This document shows, piece by piece, positions 10,972 through 24,855 of a DNA stretch of 64,000 nt. The stretch comes from Mesotaenium endlicherianum (taxonomy: Eukaryota). The notes below the pieces were generated by a model. The model ran no database searches. It worked only from the letters and a program-made list of their open reading frames with translations, and had not been told where the DNA came from. Position 1 is the first letter of the stretch; the number at the start of each line of letters is the position of its first letter. A program made the position numbers and the translations under genes. The stretch is taken from assembly GCA_009602735.1 (NCBI GenBank), contig WELA01003378.1:65712-129711 (forward strand). The letters are read 5' to 3'.

Positions 10972-13900
10972 TTAGCAGAAACTTTCTCCTGGAGCTGCAA
11001 TATAGTTCTTCAGCGAGAATCCATCTGGATCGTTAGGAGCTGCACCAGATCTGCCAAACATGGACCACACTCCATATTTCTCGGAGTCAAGTACTGCGCA
11101 TGACGTTGAAGAAAGAAAGAAGGGGTAATGTTCTACAGGGTCTGACTAAGACTTCTACGACGAGATGTTCAAACCCCTAGGGAGGAGATTTGCTGCTGGT
11201 GAAAGCTACTGCTTACGTCAAGTGGGGGCACCAAGCTGCAGCTAGCATCAATCCCCAGAGACACTTACCTCTTGTCAATGACCCCAAGATGCACGTGGTA
11301 TCTTCCCAGCCTCGCATCCTCCACGTACTGCACAATGCAAAAAACACACTCCCACCCACCCACCCACCCACACAACTCTGTCCATCTCCATGAGCAAGAC
11401 TACGGACCTAACCACGATACTTCCTTGCTGGTCATCAATCAGTTTGCTGATTCTCCTTGCAAAAATAAAAAGCACGCTAAGGCACATGGAGGCCCTCCCA
11501 AACAGGCAGCCGGCAGAACCATTCCGCACCTATGTGCCGCTTTATCCCCCTGCTAAACCCTGTCCTGCAGAGTTTGAAACTCCACAAAATCAAACCTCCC
11601 CTTAAACCCTGTGCTGGACTGAGAGAGGTGCAAACACGATAAATTCTTAGGAGCCTGTGGCCACTACAAGCTGTCTGTACACAATTGTACCGAGCAGCGC
11701 TGAAGACCAAGCAACCTTTAGCAGCAAAGCAAGTCACGCCCTACTGGGACAGGATGGGGCGAGTCCAACTTCACGAAGCCAGGGATATGAACATTGCAAA
11801 AATCCTACGAGAGAGGAGCCTTCAGACTGACATAACCGTCCTCTCTTCCTTGTCCAAGCAGTTTGGTGGAGTAATAAATGACGTGACGCACCTTTTCCAG
11901 CGCCACCCTGACGGCAGAGAAGGCGATGGAGTCGAAGGGAATGTCGTCGAGTTTGAAGAGCACTGTCTCCAAGGACTCCGCCCCCGGCCCGTATGCTACC
12001 TTGTCTGCAAAGCGCGCCCGGAAGACTAGGTAACTCTGCTCTGCACACCCGGCCCCAGGGGCTTGTTGCTGCATGACGTGGCGCGGCGTGGCACGGGATG
12101 GCATGGCGTAACAGCGCATTGGCGTGGTACAGAGGACACGCAGGGGACTCAGAGGTGGCCTCCGTGCGAACACATCACATGCGCATTGTACACCATCGCC
12201 CCCATGCATCGGTCTATGTGTTGCGGTGCATCGAGCAGGCAGACTGGAAGCTCATCTACTTGCACGCTGAACTTCCCCGGAGGAACTCTCCAGCACGTCC
12301 CCCTCCCCCCCGCCTTCTCCCACTTTCGAACGGCAGGAATGCAGCTTGTTGCCTTCAGGCTTCACGCTTCACGCTTCACACTGGGCTGCCTGGAGTAGCA
12401 CAAACGCGCAGTCCCACGTCCTACTGGGGCCCAGAGCGGCCAGCAGATCCTTCCAGACGCGCCGGACGGACTCTGGGGTAGCAAGCGCCGCCGCCACCAC
12501 CACCACCACCACAAGGTGACAACAATGCGGCCGTCCCGATGCAGCACGGAGCAAGTTAGCTCGAGGAGCAAGTGCACGGGACCACGCCCCACTCTGCTCC
12601 AGTACTCAGAGCAGCAGATGCCAGCAGCCGACGGTTAAACATGCCCCCCTTCAACGTGTGCATGAGCTCTTTCCACCTCTCCCTTTGTGTGTCTCCCAGC
12701 GCACCTGGCCGATGAGGGGAATGTCGAGATGGGCGTAGGGAGCCACCACGGTAACGTCGGCGTTGGCCTCCTCCCAAGTCTCGCGGATGGCGCCCTCGGG
12801 GGCGGACTCGCCCAGCTCCATGTACCCGCCCGGCAGCGTCCTGCGCATGCGCGTGCACACGCGCACATGTCCCCGACCCCTCTGTGAAGAACAACCCCAT
12901 ACACACTATACATGCCCATACAGCTCCACGCTTTACCTCCACAGGCAGAGGCTGCCTCTGAGGCATGGCCACGCTCCTTCCAGGACATGGCGGTGGAGCT
13001 CTACCACTAAGCCAAGTGGCAGAAGAGAGAAACCTCTTGTGCATAAGTCGAGTGTAAGAGGTGGCTCTTCCGGGTGGCAAGAGAAGGGCCAAGGCAAATG
13101 AGCACAGGGGCACTAGGGGGTTCGATATGCAGGCTGGGTGTCCTCATTCACCCCCCCTGCAGGAGACACACAGCCTTCCAGAAAGTGCAAGGTCTAGCTC
13201 CCCAGTACACGGCCCCTCTTGCCAAGCTGCATGCGTTCCCGCTGACAGCCCACGCACGCACGCGCACGCGCACACGCACCCGCATATGCATCCTCATTGC
13301 TCAGGGAAGGCTCAGGCACAGAGGCTCAGTCGGCATCATGCATGGCCAGATGTGAGGAAGCACCGGCGGCCGATGCATCGCATGCTGCGAGTCAAGGACG
13401 ACGCTGCCGGCCCCTGATGGACGCAACCAGGATAAGGAGGAGCATCACAGCTGGGGTGATGGGAGCTCACCAGAGCCCGGCACATGGCTCGATCCTGCGC
13501 TTGCACAGAAGCACGTGGCCATCGTGCTCCACCAGGCAGCACACCACCTGCTCATCATCAGCCTCCCCCCCGCAGCCAGCGGTGCCCTCCTCCGAATGTC
13601 ACCCCCACCAGCACCACGCTTCTGTGGAGCCCGCTGATACTTCCTGGCTGTCAGTCCCCGGTCAGAGGCTTGGTACCACAGGGAGCTCGTTGCGCCTGCA
13701 TGCTAGATGATGCCACTCCACTCCACAGCAAGTGTCGCTTGCCCATGAAGCACCACCCTCACCGCATTTTATTAAAGCCCCTGTTCAAAAACAGTCCTCT
13801 CAGTTTGCAAGCACTCAAGCAATGCAGGTAGGTGGAAGTGGCTCACAACCGCACCTGCCAGGTGTAATGAGCACCAAGCAAGGAATAAGATACACGGGGG

Positions 13901-14898
13901 GAGGGAAAGGCGGTGGGGTTGGTTGGTTTTTTTGGGGGGGGAGGGGGGAATTATGTGGGCAGGCTTCTGCTGCACGTGCGCAGAGTTTTGTGGCGTTTCA
14001 TTCCACAGAAAAACAACCGTGCAGTATTTGCTGCCTACGCAAAGTGACTGTATCAGAAGCATACCATCTTAGGATTGATGTAATGGACTCGGCTACAGTT
14101 GGTGCACACAGCCCGAGGCTCCTGCTCTCCAGCCGGCACCCTCTGCTCCACGGCGCCCCCGCAGGCTGGGCAGAAATTTATCTTGGGTGCCCAGGGCTGC
14201 TGCACATTCAGCCACACCCTCGTCGCATCTTTTGCTGCCTTCAGAACCCTCTGTCACAAATGTGTGGTCTCTAGGAACAGAGAGATGATGCTCACGTTTC
14301 AAACTTGACGAGTTTTTCTCCCACAAAACAGTTGACTAAGCCAAGGGCGCAAAACACGTGAGCACCCATCCCACTCCCCGGGCTCGAGTCTAGTCCCATC
14401 GCACAGCATTCCTTGGTCAGAGAGCAGCTCTTTCAACCGACTCAAATGTGAACAAACACAATGAGGAGAACAAACCTTGACTTTGGGCGCATATTTCCTC
14501 GCCGTAATTTCTTCTGAATCTGCCATGGAGCACTGGCAGCGGCGCACCTGCTGTTTTTGGGTGGCTAAAGGCCTCGTCTTACTCGAGACCTGCTCGAAGT
14601 TGTCTAAAGAATGCAATTTCACGAATTTGCTGCGAGAACCCTGCCCCGGTCTTCTATGGAGGTGGTCTTCCCTTCTGTGAAATTGTCGTTTGAGCACTAC
14701 TCCACAAGGACTGCCTCCCCTTACACACCGAGTAACACAAACAATGCCTTCAGACCTGAAAACAAAGCTTCCGTGATTTGTCTTCAACCCCTGATGACCA
14801 TAACTTGCTCTTGGCACAGTCTCACAGTTGCGGCATAATAGATGGGGAATTTTGACTAGTAAGCTCACGTTACCGAAAATAACCCTTGAGTAGCTCAT
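10972..14898 (-). CDS. Nudix hydrolase, NUDT23-like, zinc-ribbon N-terminus, probable transit peptide, multi-exon
   Basis: Exons [30 protein letters not shown], Nudix box [40 protein letters not shown], last exon ending ESFC-TAA. Confidence 0.88.
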
Positions 14899-16084
14899 TG
14901 AAGCACAACACCTCAGCTTCTCGGACGAAATCTGCTAGACATATATCAGACGTGACCTCAAAAGGTTCATGAGAGGGATCCCCACCTTCTTCAAGTTAAT
15001 ATCAGAGAGAAAATGACTACACAGCTTGTTTCGTCAAATAAACAATCTGGGATAGGAATTAAGAGAGCCCCACCCGGCTTCATTGCTTGACCTACATGCG
15101 AAACTGAATAGAATGCGTACAGCACAGCTATAGCTCATATAAACGACAGTGTTGTTATATAGTCGTGGCACCTTTCCTCGTGTATTATTTGTTATTTACA
15201 CTGCTGTAGTTTGCTCCCGTCCTGTACGTGTTGATCATTTTGTATGCTTGCATTGGCTCGCATGCACCTTACCCCAACGCTATGGCCGTCTCACAGTTAT
15301 TGCCGGCACGCTTGTCGTCTGCTGATATCACTTTTTATCGTCAGAATTTGTCAATCAGGTCTCAACTGGTCTCAACGGGTCTCGAGTCTCGAGTCTCGAC
15401 TCTGCTCGGCCCAATCATGGCAGTGAGGTTGAATGTCAATGAAATGCTACGACCAGCTACGACGCTGCAAAATATTGCTAACGTGGCGCACCTAATGCTT
15501 TTATCATGTCGGGACTACTATCCGTTTGACGGTGCCGCACACGCAGCGCAAGCTACGGCCACCCAGGTACGGAAAGTCAACGTTGACCCACCGACCACTT
15601 GACTGACTACGTCGCAGTCAGCGGTTATGTCGGCGTCAAGACCACTGGCAAGGGGTCAATGTCAATGTGCCCCACACCCAGCGATAGGGGAGGTTTTGAC
15701 AGCATAGACAACCGCGAGGCTAGAAGCTGGGGATCAATGATGAGCCGCCCAGCAGGTACCAAGTCAGGTCCTCTGTGACTGGCAGATTAAGCCAGGTCAA
15801 GGCCGCAATGCCCAGATAGGTTACGGCCGCCCGGTTGGGAATCTTGAGCAAGTGGCATTTGCTTGTACACGCCGCTCAGGAGTTCTTAGCCATGAGCCAA
15901 TTAGGCCTGACTACAAGCTGAGAAGCTAAGCAGCCACACGCGACAGTCACGAGGTGTGCATGCATGCCGAGTGACTACGAGTTTGAGTTGAGCATGGCTA
16001 GGCAGAAGCGACATGCAGCTAAGCTTTGTGACTAAGCACGGCATTCTCGAAAGATGACGCTGTGTGGTGCCTGCGGAAGGCACG

Positions 16085-16828
16085 TGTAAGGTCATAGGTT
16101 TATGAAGTGTATTTTTGAGTATCATGAAAGTATGTTTTGATTGTATAGTAAAGTAGAGTGCATTTTTGTGGTCATTTTGATATAAAGTTCATCGAATTTG
16201 GTCAAGTATTGAGAGAGTTATGGATTTCCGAAGTTTAATTAGTTTTGAGGTCGGTTGACGATTGTCCTTAATTCGCGGTGAGCGCGACCGTCGGATTGAC
16301 CGACAGCGTCGAGCGATCTGGCCCGTTAGAATGAACTCGAACCTTCACGTAAGTTCGGCTGACGCGGAGTGCCGACTAGGTCGATTTACCTAGAAGTTTC
16401 GGTTTAGCCTAGCGCGTCTAAGATAGAATATTCTAGTAATGTCGATGCATGTATGTGGACGTCAATTCGGCCCGACACGTCAGATTAGACTGATCTGGCT
16501 TACTCACGAATATTCTGGAAGGGACGATTTGACGAACACTTAGGAAAATCCGTAGCTTCCTCCTAGGGAGGAGCACTTAGGCAGAAAATTATAAATAGGC
16601 ATAACTTCTTTGTTTCTTATCAGTTTTCACTTCTGTAAATTTCTACGGGTTTGTAATGACAAGGCCTTTCATCCTACATCATTTGTGAGCAGTTTCCTGC
16701 TACTCAAAATGTTGAGTAATTTTCCTAAGCTTTGTTAGTGATATGCCGCTGCACTCTCTAGTATGATGGCAACTAGTTCCTTTCCTCGTGAGTCACTACG
16801 CTTCCACTAGGGCACTCTGCCCCTTTCA
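16085..16828 (+). repeat. B2 5' LTR (744 bp)
   Basis: TGTAAGG...CCTTTCA; near-identical to 21484-22226. Confidence 0.97.
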
Positions 16829-16830
16829 TC

Positions 16831-16842
16831 TGGTATCGGAGC
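16831..16842 (+). promoter_or_regulatory. Primer binding site, initiator tRNA-Met type (TGGTATCGGAGC)
   Basis: 2 nt after the LTR end; one difference from canonical TGGTATCAGAGC, compatible with a G-U pair. Confidence 0.88.
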
Positions 16843-16865
16843 AGGGCTAGTTTGCATATTATATT

Positions 16866-17897
16866 ATGGAGTCGCAGCCGGCAGCTGGAGGAGGCGAACA
16901 TGTTGAGCATGTTGAGCGCGCGGGGCAGCAGGCAGCACCAACAATGACCAGAGAGCAACAAGAGATGCAGGCGATGCTAAGACAAATGGCAAATGCAATT
17001 GGAGGAGAAGTCTACACCCAGTTTCAACAAAATATGCGCGCGGAGGTGGAGAGAATGGTGCGAGTTGTTATGGGGAACGCCGCTTCGACGAGTTCGGCAC
17101 CTGCACCTGTTGTACCACCGATTCATGTTAACCCAGTGGTGCAACCAGTTATTCCACCCGCATCAGGAGTGCGTGCACCTAAGCCTGAAGTTTATACTGG
17201 AGAGCGTGGATCGCCGCCTGTTCATCAATGGATTTTTGGAGTGAAGAAGTTTATGGAGTATTCTGCGCTCACGCCCGACAGGCAAGTCGCCTTTGTCATA
17301 ACTTTGCTGCAGAAGAGTGCTGGAGCTTGGTATGAACGAGAAGAGCAGCTGTCTGGAGTTCCTGCTACTGTTGATCAGCTATTTGAAGGCTTGAAGAGGC
17401 AATTTCAACCTATTGCACCCGAGGCTACCGCTCGAGATCTATTGGTGCGCCTTCGTCAACGAGGAAGCGTTCAAGAGTATGTATCGCGCTTCAACGAGCT
17501 GGTGCTTCAATGTCCATCCATGCACGAGTCGGAGATGATGGACAAGTTCAAGAGGGGACTCAAGCCAACTGTGGCCAAGGAAGTGGCGCTCAAGGACCCT
17601 ACCAGTCTTGGAGAAATGATGGCATTGGCAACAAGGGTCGACGCTGTGGAGTATAGTCAGAGGCAGTGGGGCAGCCACAACTTTGGAGGATATCGACACT
17701 TTGGATCTCAAGCGCCAAGCACGAGTGTTCAAGGTCCAGTACCCATGGAGTTGGGACTTGTGCAGTACCAGCGCAGGCAGCAGAATTTCAAGCCGAGAGG
17801 ACCGTGCTATAGTTGCGGCAAGCTTGGACATCTGGCTCGAGACTGTCATGTGAAGGCGAAGCAACCTCAACAGCAGGAAAAAGGAGGACGCCAGTAA
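16866..17897 (+). CDS. gag: Gag with CCHC zinc knuckle
   Basis: [44 protein letters not shown]. Confidence 0.95.
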   Translation: MESQPAAGGGEHVEHVERAGQQAAPTMTREQQEMQAMLRQMANAIGGEVYTQFQQNMRAEVERMVRVVMGNAASTSSAPAPVVPPIHVNPVVQPVIPPASGVRAPKPEVYTGERGSPPVHQWIFGVKKFMEYSALTPDRQVAFVITLLQKSAGAWYEREEQLSGVPATVDQLFEGLKRQFQPIAPEATARDLLVRLRQRGSVQEYVSRFNELVLQCPSMHESEMMDKFKRGLKPTVAKEVALKDPTSLGEMMALATRVDAVEYSQRQWGSHNFGGYRHFGSQAPSTSVQGPVPMELGLVQYQRRQQNFKPRGPCYSCGKLGHLARDCHVKAKQPQQQEKGGRQ

Positions 17898-20800
17898 GTC
17901 GTTCTGGGGTGTCTACTGGCGTGAAGACGAGAACTCACAAGGAGGTTATCCCCAGGAGCCTGCCGAGAAGCAAAGGACGAGACGTTGACAAGCCTATCAT
18001 CGTGGAAGGAGTGGTCGACGGCAACAAGGCGAAGTGTATGGTCGACAGTGGCGCAAGTGCAAACTTTGTGCACAAGAAGCTGGTGAAAGAGTGGCGAATC
18101 CCTGTGCAGAAGCATTATGAGCCTAAGGAGGCAATTTTGGCAAATGGGCAGAGACTCAAGTGTGGTGCACCTACGGAAGCTATTCACGTGGAAGTAGCGG
18201 GGCACCGGAGTAAGGAAGTTATGGAGCAGGCAGAGTTGGGTCACCATGAGGTGATATTGGGCCGACCATGGCTGAGGAAAGCCAACCCTCAAGTGCACTG
18301 GAGCACAGGACAAGTGAAAGTCCAAGGGCGTGATGGTCGAATGGAGACAGCGAAACAGGTGGAGGTAGATACGACCACAAGTAACTGTCTTCTGTCGAGC
18401 CTGCAAGTTAAGAAGCTATGCAGGGCGAATCAGGTGAAGGAGATGTACCTTGTTTCGGTGGCCCTGGCCAGGTCATCAGATGGAGCAAGCGTGAATCCTA
18501 ACAGCCTGGGCGAATGTACATCGCCGGAGGAGCAAGTAGTGGTGTCTGATCCCCTTGCTCAGAAGGAGCAGAGCCCAACTGCTCAAGAGAAGAAGCCTGC
18601 TGAGATGCCTGCCCAAATTAAGGCGCTGTTGGAGGAGTTCAAGTGCGTGTTTCCTGAGGAACTACCTACAGGATTACCTCCACAGAGAGCTATGGAGCAC
18701 AAGATTGAGTTGGAACCAGGGAGCAAGCCACCAGTGAGACCCGCCTATCGACAATCGTTTGCGGAGTTGGATGAGTTAAAGAAGCAACTGACGGAGTTAT
18801 TGGAGAAGGGATTCATCCGACCCAGCGAGTCTCCATTTGCAGCGCCAGTCTTATTTGTGAAGAAGAAGGATGGGACTATGAGGATGTGTGTCGACTACCG
18901 GGCACTCAACAAGGTCACCATCAAGAACAGGTACCCACTTCCACGAGTGGACGAGTTGATTGACAGGCTTGTCGGGGCGAAGTATTTCTCGAAGATCGAT
19001 TTGAGGAGTGGCTATCACCAGGTACGGATTGCGGAAGGAGACGTTCAGAAGACTGCTTTCAGAACTCGCTATGGTTTGTTCGAGTTCACAGTCATGCCTT
19101 TTGGATTGACTAATGCACCTGCTACATTCATGGGACTCATGAATAGTATCTTCAGACCCTACTTGGACCAGTTTGTGGTGGTATTTTTGGACGACATCCT
19201 GATCTATTCGAAGACCTTGGAAGAGCATGTGGAGCATCTGAGGAAGGTGTTGGAGGTCTTGAGAGATCAAAAGCTGTATGGGAAGATGAGCAAGTGCGAC
19301 TTCTGTCTCAAGGAGGTCGAGTTTCTTGGACACATAGTGGGAGCTGAAGGAGTCAAGGTGGAGCAGAAGAAGGTGCAAGCAGTCAGAGATTGGCCGGTAC
19401 CTGCTGATATTCATCAACTCAGGAGTTTCCTCGGCATGGCGAATTATTATCGACGTTTCATTGAAGGATTTGCCAAGGTGTGTGCACCGCTCACGGACAT
19501 GTTGAAGAAGCAGGAGAAGTGGCTATGGGGTGACAAGGAGCAGCAAGCCTTCGAGAAGATTAAGGAGCTGTTAACACAGGCACCTGTGTTGGCAATTGCC
19601 AGTCCAGAGCTTCCTTTCACCATCATCACGGACGCATCAAACTTTGCAGTGGGAGCCATTCTTCTCCAGGACCAGGGCAAAGGATTGCAGCCTGTGGCAT
19701 ATGAGAGCAGGAAGTTGAGTCCTGCTGAGCAGAACTATGCAGCACACGAGCGGGAGATGTTGGCTATTATCCAGGCTTTGAGGATTTGGCGATGTTATGT
19801 GGACGGCCGGAAGGTGTTCATCAAGACCGACCACAAGAGCTTGGAGAAGTTTATGACGCAGCCAACGTTGACACCAAGACAGGCAAGGTGGATGGAGTTT
19901 CTGCAACAGTTCGACCACAAGATTGAGTACTTACCTGGGAAGATCAACCCTGCAGACGCTTTATCCAGGAGGTGTGACCTTGCAGCTGTCTCAGTCATCA
20001 AGGAGAATATGGACTTCAAGGAGAAGCTTCAGAGAGGTTATGAGGAGGACCCAGAGTTTGCTGATGGTGGAGCAGCTGAGTCCAACTCGAGTATGCAGAA
20101 GAAGGACGGCATATGGTATTATGGTGATTCCAAGAGAGTGGTGGTACCTGACATCAAGGAGCTACGAGACTTACTACTTACGGAGCATCATGACTGCTTA
20201 TATGCTGGACACTTTGGAAGCGAGAAGACGGCAAGCGTGCTGAAGCGGGAATATTACTGGAGAAATATGGACAAGGACATCGAGGAGTGGATCAGGAGTT
20301 GCGATGCGTGCCAGAGAAACAAGACACCAAATCAAAAGAAGGGAGGTACATTGCGACCCCTGCCTATTCCAGAGTATCCTTGGGAGCAGATTGCTATGGA
20401 CTTCATCACATCGTTACCAGTCAGTGGTCAAGGGCACGATGCAGTATGGGTAGTGTCTGACAGACTCAGCAAGATGGCTCACTTCATTCCCATGAAGGAG
20501 ACTTCTACGGCAGCAGATGTGGCACGGCTATTCTTTGATCATATTTTTAGGCTACATGGGTTGCCGAAGGTGATTGTTTCAGATCGAGATCCAAGGTTTA
20601 CTAGCAACTTTTGGCGGTCATTGTTTACTTTGATGGGGACCAAGCTGAGTATGAGCACTTCCTATCACCCTCAGACAGATGGGCAGAGTGAGAGGCTCAA
20701 CAGAACTCTGCAAGAGGTGCTCAGGAGTTTCACTATGGAAGACCCTTCAGAGTGGGACAAGAAGCTACCAGGGTTGGAGTTTGCCTACAACAACAGCATG

Positions 20801-21496
20801 CAGGGATCGACCAAGCAGTCACCATTCGCTATGGTTTATGGGAGAGAAGTATATCATCCAGGGAACATCTTGTTGGAGAAGGCCAAGGAGACTCAGGTTC
20901 CTACTACACAAGCTTTTATGGAGCAGATGGCCAAGACTTGGGATATGGCGAAGACGTGTATTCGGAAGGCACAACAAGAGCAGGTCAAGCATGCTAACAA
21001 GCACAGGAGGGAAGTGACATTCCAAGTGGGCGACAAAGTACTCTTGTCCACAGAGAACCTACCTTTCACAGGCAAGAGGAAACTGCGGGCACGGTTTACA
21101 GGTCCCTTTGAAGTGCTCAAGCAGGTGAATCTAGTGACCTACAAGTTGGAACTTCCTCCAGGATGGCGTATCCATGATGTGTTCCATGTCAGTTGTCTAC
21201 GGCCATACGTTGACCCGAATGAAGGACATCCAGGACGACTACCTACACCGCCACCACCGGTCGAGATCGATGATGTATTGGAGTATGAAGTGGAGGCGAT
21301 TGTCGGCGATCGACGAGTCAAGCGAGGTCAACGAGTTGTCCAAGAGTATCTGGTCAAGTGGAAAGGCTACCATGCGGACGACAACACTTGGGAGCCAGAG
21401 GCCAACTTGACTCATTGTAAGAGTAAGTTGAGACGTTATCTGCAGAATGCGTCGAGGACGTCGCATCTTGAGAAGGGGGATGATGTAAGGTCATAG
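17813..21496 (+). CDS. pol: Pol (protease, RT, RNase H, integrase, chromodomain) in the -1 frame relative to gag; runs 13 nt into the 3' LTR
   Basis: [50 protein letters not shown]; the listed start is not a true ATG. Confidence 0.97.
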   Translation: MRQAWTSGSRLSCEGEATSTAGKRRTPVSRSGVSTGVKTRTHKEVIPRSLPRSKGRDVDKPIIVEGVVDGNKAKCMVDSGASANFVHKKLVKEWRIPVQKHYEPKEAILANGQRLKCGAPTEAIHVEVAGHRSKEVMEQAELGHHEVILGRPWLRKANPQVHWSTGQVKVQGRDGRMETAKQVEVDTTTSNCLLSSLQVKKLCRANQVKEMYLVSVALARSSDGASVNPNSLGECTSPEEQVVVSDPLAQKEQSPTAQEKKPAEMPAQIKALLEEFKCVFPEELPTGLPPQRAMEHKIELEPGSKPPVRPAYRQSFAELDELKKQLTELLEKGFIRPSESPFAAPVLFVKKKDGTMRMCVDYRALNKVTIKNRYPLPRVDELIDRLVGAKYFSKIDLRSGYHQVRIAEGDVQKTAFRTRYGLFEFTVMPFGLTNAPATFMGLMNSIFRPYLDQFVVVFLDDILIYSKTLEEHVEHLRKVLEVLRDQKLYGKMSKCDFCLKEVEFLGHIVGAEGVKVEQKKVQAVRDWPVPADIHQLRSFLGMANYYRRFIEGFAKVCAPLTDMLKKQEKWLWGDKEQQAFEKIKELLTQAPVLAIASPELPFTIITDASNFAVGAILLQDQGKGLQPVAYESRKLSPAEQNYAAHEREMLAIIQALRIWRCYVDGRKVFIKTDHKSLEKFMTQPTLTPRQARWMEFLQQFDHKIEYLPGKINPADALSRRCDLAAVSVIKENMDFKEKLQRGYEEDPEFADGGAAESNSSMQKKDGIWYYGDSKRVVVPDIKELRDLLLTEHHDCLYAGHFGSEKTASVLKREYYWRNMDKDIEEWIRSCDACQRNKTPNQKKGGTLRPLPIPEYPWEQIAMDFITSLPVSGQGHDAVWVVSDRLSKMAHFIPMKETSTAADVARLFFDHIFRLHGLPKVIVSDRDPRFTSNFWRSLFTLMGTKLSMSTSYHPQTDGQSERLNRTLQEVLRSFTMEDPSEWDKKLPGLEFAYNNSMQGSTKQSPFAMVYGREVYHPGNILLEKAKETQVPTTQAFMEQMAKTWDMAKTCIRKAQQEQVKHANKHRREVTFQVGDKVLLSTENLPFTGKRKLRARFTGPFEVLKQVNLVTYKLELPPGWRIHDVFHVSCLRPYVDPNEGHPGRLPTPPPPVEIDDVLEYEVEAIVGDRRVKRGQRVVQEYLVKWKGYHADDNTWEPEANLTHCKSKLRRYLQNASRTSHLEKGDDVRS

Positions 21497-22226
21497 GTTT
21501 ATGAAGTGCATTTTTGAGTATCATGAAAGTATGTTTTGATTGTATAGTAGTGTAGAGTGCATTTTTGTGGTCATTTTGATATAAAGTTCATCGAATTTGG
21601 TCAAGTATTGAGAGAGTTATGGATTTCCGAAGTTTAATTAGTTTTGAGGTCGGTTGACGACTGTCCTTAATTCGCGGTGAGCGCGACCGTCGGATTGACC
21701 GACAGCGTCGAGCGATCTGGCCCGTTAGAATGAACTCGAACCTTCACGTAAGTTCGGCTGACGCGGAGTGCCGACTAGGTCGATTTACCTAGAAGTTTCG
21801 GTTTAGCCTAGCGCGTCTAAGATAGAATATTCTAGTAATGTCGATGCATGTATGTGGACGTCAATTCGGCCCGACACGTCAGATTAGACTAATCTGGCTT
21901 ACTCACGAATATTCTGGAGGGGACGATTTGACGAACACTTGGGAAAATCCGTAGCTTCCTCCTAGGGGGAGCACTTAGGCAGAAAATTATAAATAGGCAT
22001 AACTTCTTTGTTTCTTATCAGTTTTCACTTCTGTAAATTTCTACGGGTTTGTAATGACAAGGCCTTTCATCCTACATCATTTGTGAGCAGTTTCTTGCTA
22101 CTCAAAATGTTGAGTAATTTTCCTAAGTTTTGTTAGTGATATGCCGCTGCACTCTCTAGTATGATGGCAACTAGTTCCTTTCCTCGTGAGTCACTACGCT
22201 TCCACTAGGGCACTCTGCCCCTTTCA
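21484..22226 (+). repeat. B2 3' LTR (743 bp)
   Basis: Follows the PPT and is followed by TSD GCACG. Confidence 0.97.
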
Positions 22227-23031
22227 GCACGAATCTTGCCTGAGACATGTCATTCACTCTCACGCACTTTTGCCAAGAAGCAGAAGGAGCAGAAGGAGAA
22301 AAAGGAAGGAGAAGAAGGGCGCGAAGAAGAAGAAGGAGTTCCCAAGGCCATTGGAGAGCCGAGGCCCCACGCTTCTGCCGACGCTGAAGATTCGTCTGAG
22401 TGTATCATAGATAAGTTAGGATTGTAGGAGTTCCCAAGAGGGAATCTCACTGTTGAAAGTAGGAGAACTGCAGAATAGAATCTGCTAGAAGATTAGCACA
22501 GATTCGGCCGAACGCCACAAGTGTGGGTGAAGCAGCCTTAAAATGGTGAGTTGTGTGTTAGTTTCCAAGTTCTCAGAAGTCGCATTCGCATCTCGAAGAG
22601 AGAGAGTAGTATTGGCAAATAAAGCTCTCAGTGAAGAACTGAGTGAGCCGAGCCTGGCAGTGAAGAACAGTTAAGGCGCGGTGTTAAGTGGAGAGCTTGA
22701 CCCAGGCCAGCATAGACGTGTAGTTTCAGAGTTTTGTAAGCTGTGACTTTGTGAAAGTTAAGCGAAAGCTTGAAGGGCGATTTTCTCTGAATCTGATGTT
22801 GTATGTCAAGCTGCTTAGAGTGTGATTCTGCAAACTACAATTTGCTCGCCTGTGAACCCAAGAACCTTAAGGCTTAAAGCCTATGAGGAAGTAAGAGACT
22901 TCCGTCCTACTTCTGAGAACTTCGGTTCTGTGGTTCAGGTGAATAGAAATTCTCAAGCAAATTGGGGATTGAGGCCTGTGAGGGCTGCCGGTGCTCAACC
23001 TGGAAGGGGACCCGGAGAAATTCAACTGTAC

Positions 23032-24120
23032 ATGCGGTTGAGGAGTGGAAGACTCTACTACCCTGTGGAGCCTACGAAAGGTTTTGATTCAAGCCAGGGT
23101 CCACGAGGAAGTGAGACATCTGAGCGCACGGATAACCTGTGGAGTGAGCAACCGTTGGGAGACGAGTCTCGCCATACTGCCACGAACGGTGAGAATTCGT
23201 ATAACACGCGAGCCTTTGTACCCAACTTGGGCAGAGAGCACGACGTGTGGGGTAAAGATAGTGAGTCTTAGTCGCCATTCGAAATGACTGGTGATGATAA
23301 GGATGAAAATCCTAAGTTCAAGCTGTCTACAGAGTGTTTTAGTGGACGAACTGGTGGAAATAGTCTCACTTTCGAAGAGTTTGATGAAATCTATTGGGCT
23401 GATTTCTTTGAGAGAATCCAAAAGGATTCTTCTTACACTCAGTCAGTCGCTTTTATAAGCTTGGTTCAGTACTTGAACAAGGATGCCTTGTTGCTTTATC
23501 GCCAGTTCCGGAAGGATGAGAACCTTACCCAGGAATGGGCGTTTGACGAGCAAAAGAAGGCGAGAGATTTGAAAATCCAGAAAGAGGCTGCGAAAGCCCG
23601 CCTGTCCGCTTTGTCATCAGGAAGAGCGATACCTGCTGTGCTGTTGAGAGCGTAGACTTAGCTGCACTAATACAAGAACTAACAGATGCCATGAAGCAAC
23701 TCACCGAGGGTCAGCAGCGAGCGGCTACTTGAGATGATGATGCTGGGTTTGTCGCAGAATTGCGTAAAGTGTGTGCAGAATTGCCTGAAAAGATTGCTAA
23801 TGCTCAGGTACAAGTAACGCGCAGGGTTGCACCTTTTACAGGGCAGCATGGTGATAGTGCCACCACGGAAGCAAGCCATGCGCAAGCGTTGGCTAGTTGC
23901 CGTAGGAATATGGAGGCTGGGGATGACCAGTTAGATTCTGAGCACTGTCTGCGTCGTTTCATTAAGTTGCTTGAAGCAAAATTCCCCTGAGGATCGCAGT
24001 CTTAAGGTGCACCGTTATGTGCATTTTGTCCGTCAGAAGAACGAGACAGTGATGGAGGTCAAATCCAGATTGGTAGACCTTGCCAAGAAGGCAGGAATCG
24101 ATGAGCCTAGGATTGTAGCT
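23032..24120 (+). pseudogene. Element C gag-like gene, with stops and frameshifts
   Basis: MRLRSGR start, in frame through TAG 23269 with FSG..TFEEF segment; later gag-type motif RQKNETVMEVKSRLVDLAKK. Confidence 0.7.
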
Positions 24121-24136
24121 GACTAATTTCAGCACT

Positions 24137-24600
24137 GTGAGAGTGCAGAACAAGGATAGAGTTTTGACGTTCAACGACTGGGCCGCTCCCAATATCCTAT
24201 TGGACATTGGCGCACAGCCAGTAGTCTTGGGAAAGCGAGCTGTAAAAGCTCTAAGATTGACGGCAAGGGACCTGAAAGAAAGTCCTTTTCAGTTGAGGAC
24301 TGCATCTGGGCAGATTTCAAAGTCTAATGGAATGACCCGCAAGCCTGTGAAAATTGCAGTAAACTTGGGGAAACTTGAGGAGGCGTCACTGCTCATAGAA
24401 TGCACGGTGACATAGGCAGAGAATTATGATGTTCTCTTGGGGACAGAAGCCCTGATTCCCCTGGGTATGGTCATTGACCTGCGGAAGCAGAAGGTGACTT
24501 ACCAGTCGACAGATCGGCAGCCGACAGGAGAAATTCCCGTAAAGTTGGTTTGCTCGGGAGAGGCAAACTACGGACTGCTAGACTGTTGTGTGAATGACCG
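24137..24600 (+). pseudogene. Element C retropepsin-like aspartic protease, decayed
   Basis: ILLDIGA (DT/SGA-like), LRTASG flap, YDVLLG..L..LGMVIDL, with one in-frame TAG. Confidence 0.8.
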
Positions 24601-24855
24601 GTATCCAGACCATTATGACCTCATTATGCAACGCGAAGAGGAGGGTTACACCAGCGTCAACATGCCGACTCCCTTGGTTTGACAACCTCGGATTATGAAG
24701 CAATTGGAAGCTGTGAGTAACAGGGACCGTGGCCCGCAAGAGCTGCTGCCAGTTCCTTATCCAGTTAAGTCTGCTGCCAATTTGATGCCTGGAGTAGACC
24801 CGCTGCCGCAAGGCATTGTGAGGATGAAGGTCCTTTTCGCAGGAGAGGAGTAGTA

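Larger units (their letters stand above)
16085..22226 (+). mobile_element. Intact Ty3/Gypsy chromovirus, family B copy B2
   Basis: Paired LTRs, TSD GCACG (16080-16084 and 22227-22231), PBS, PPT GAGAAGGGGGA (21470-21480), intact gag and pol. Confidence 0.98.

Noticed and set aside
15700..16084. Defined left terminus or LTR of element C
   Set aside because: No second copy, PBS or TSD could be identified, so the boundary is left undetermined
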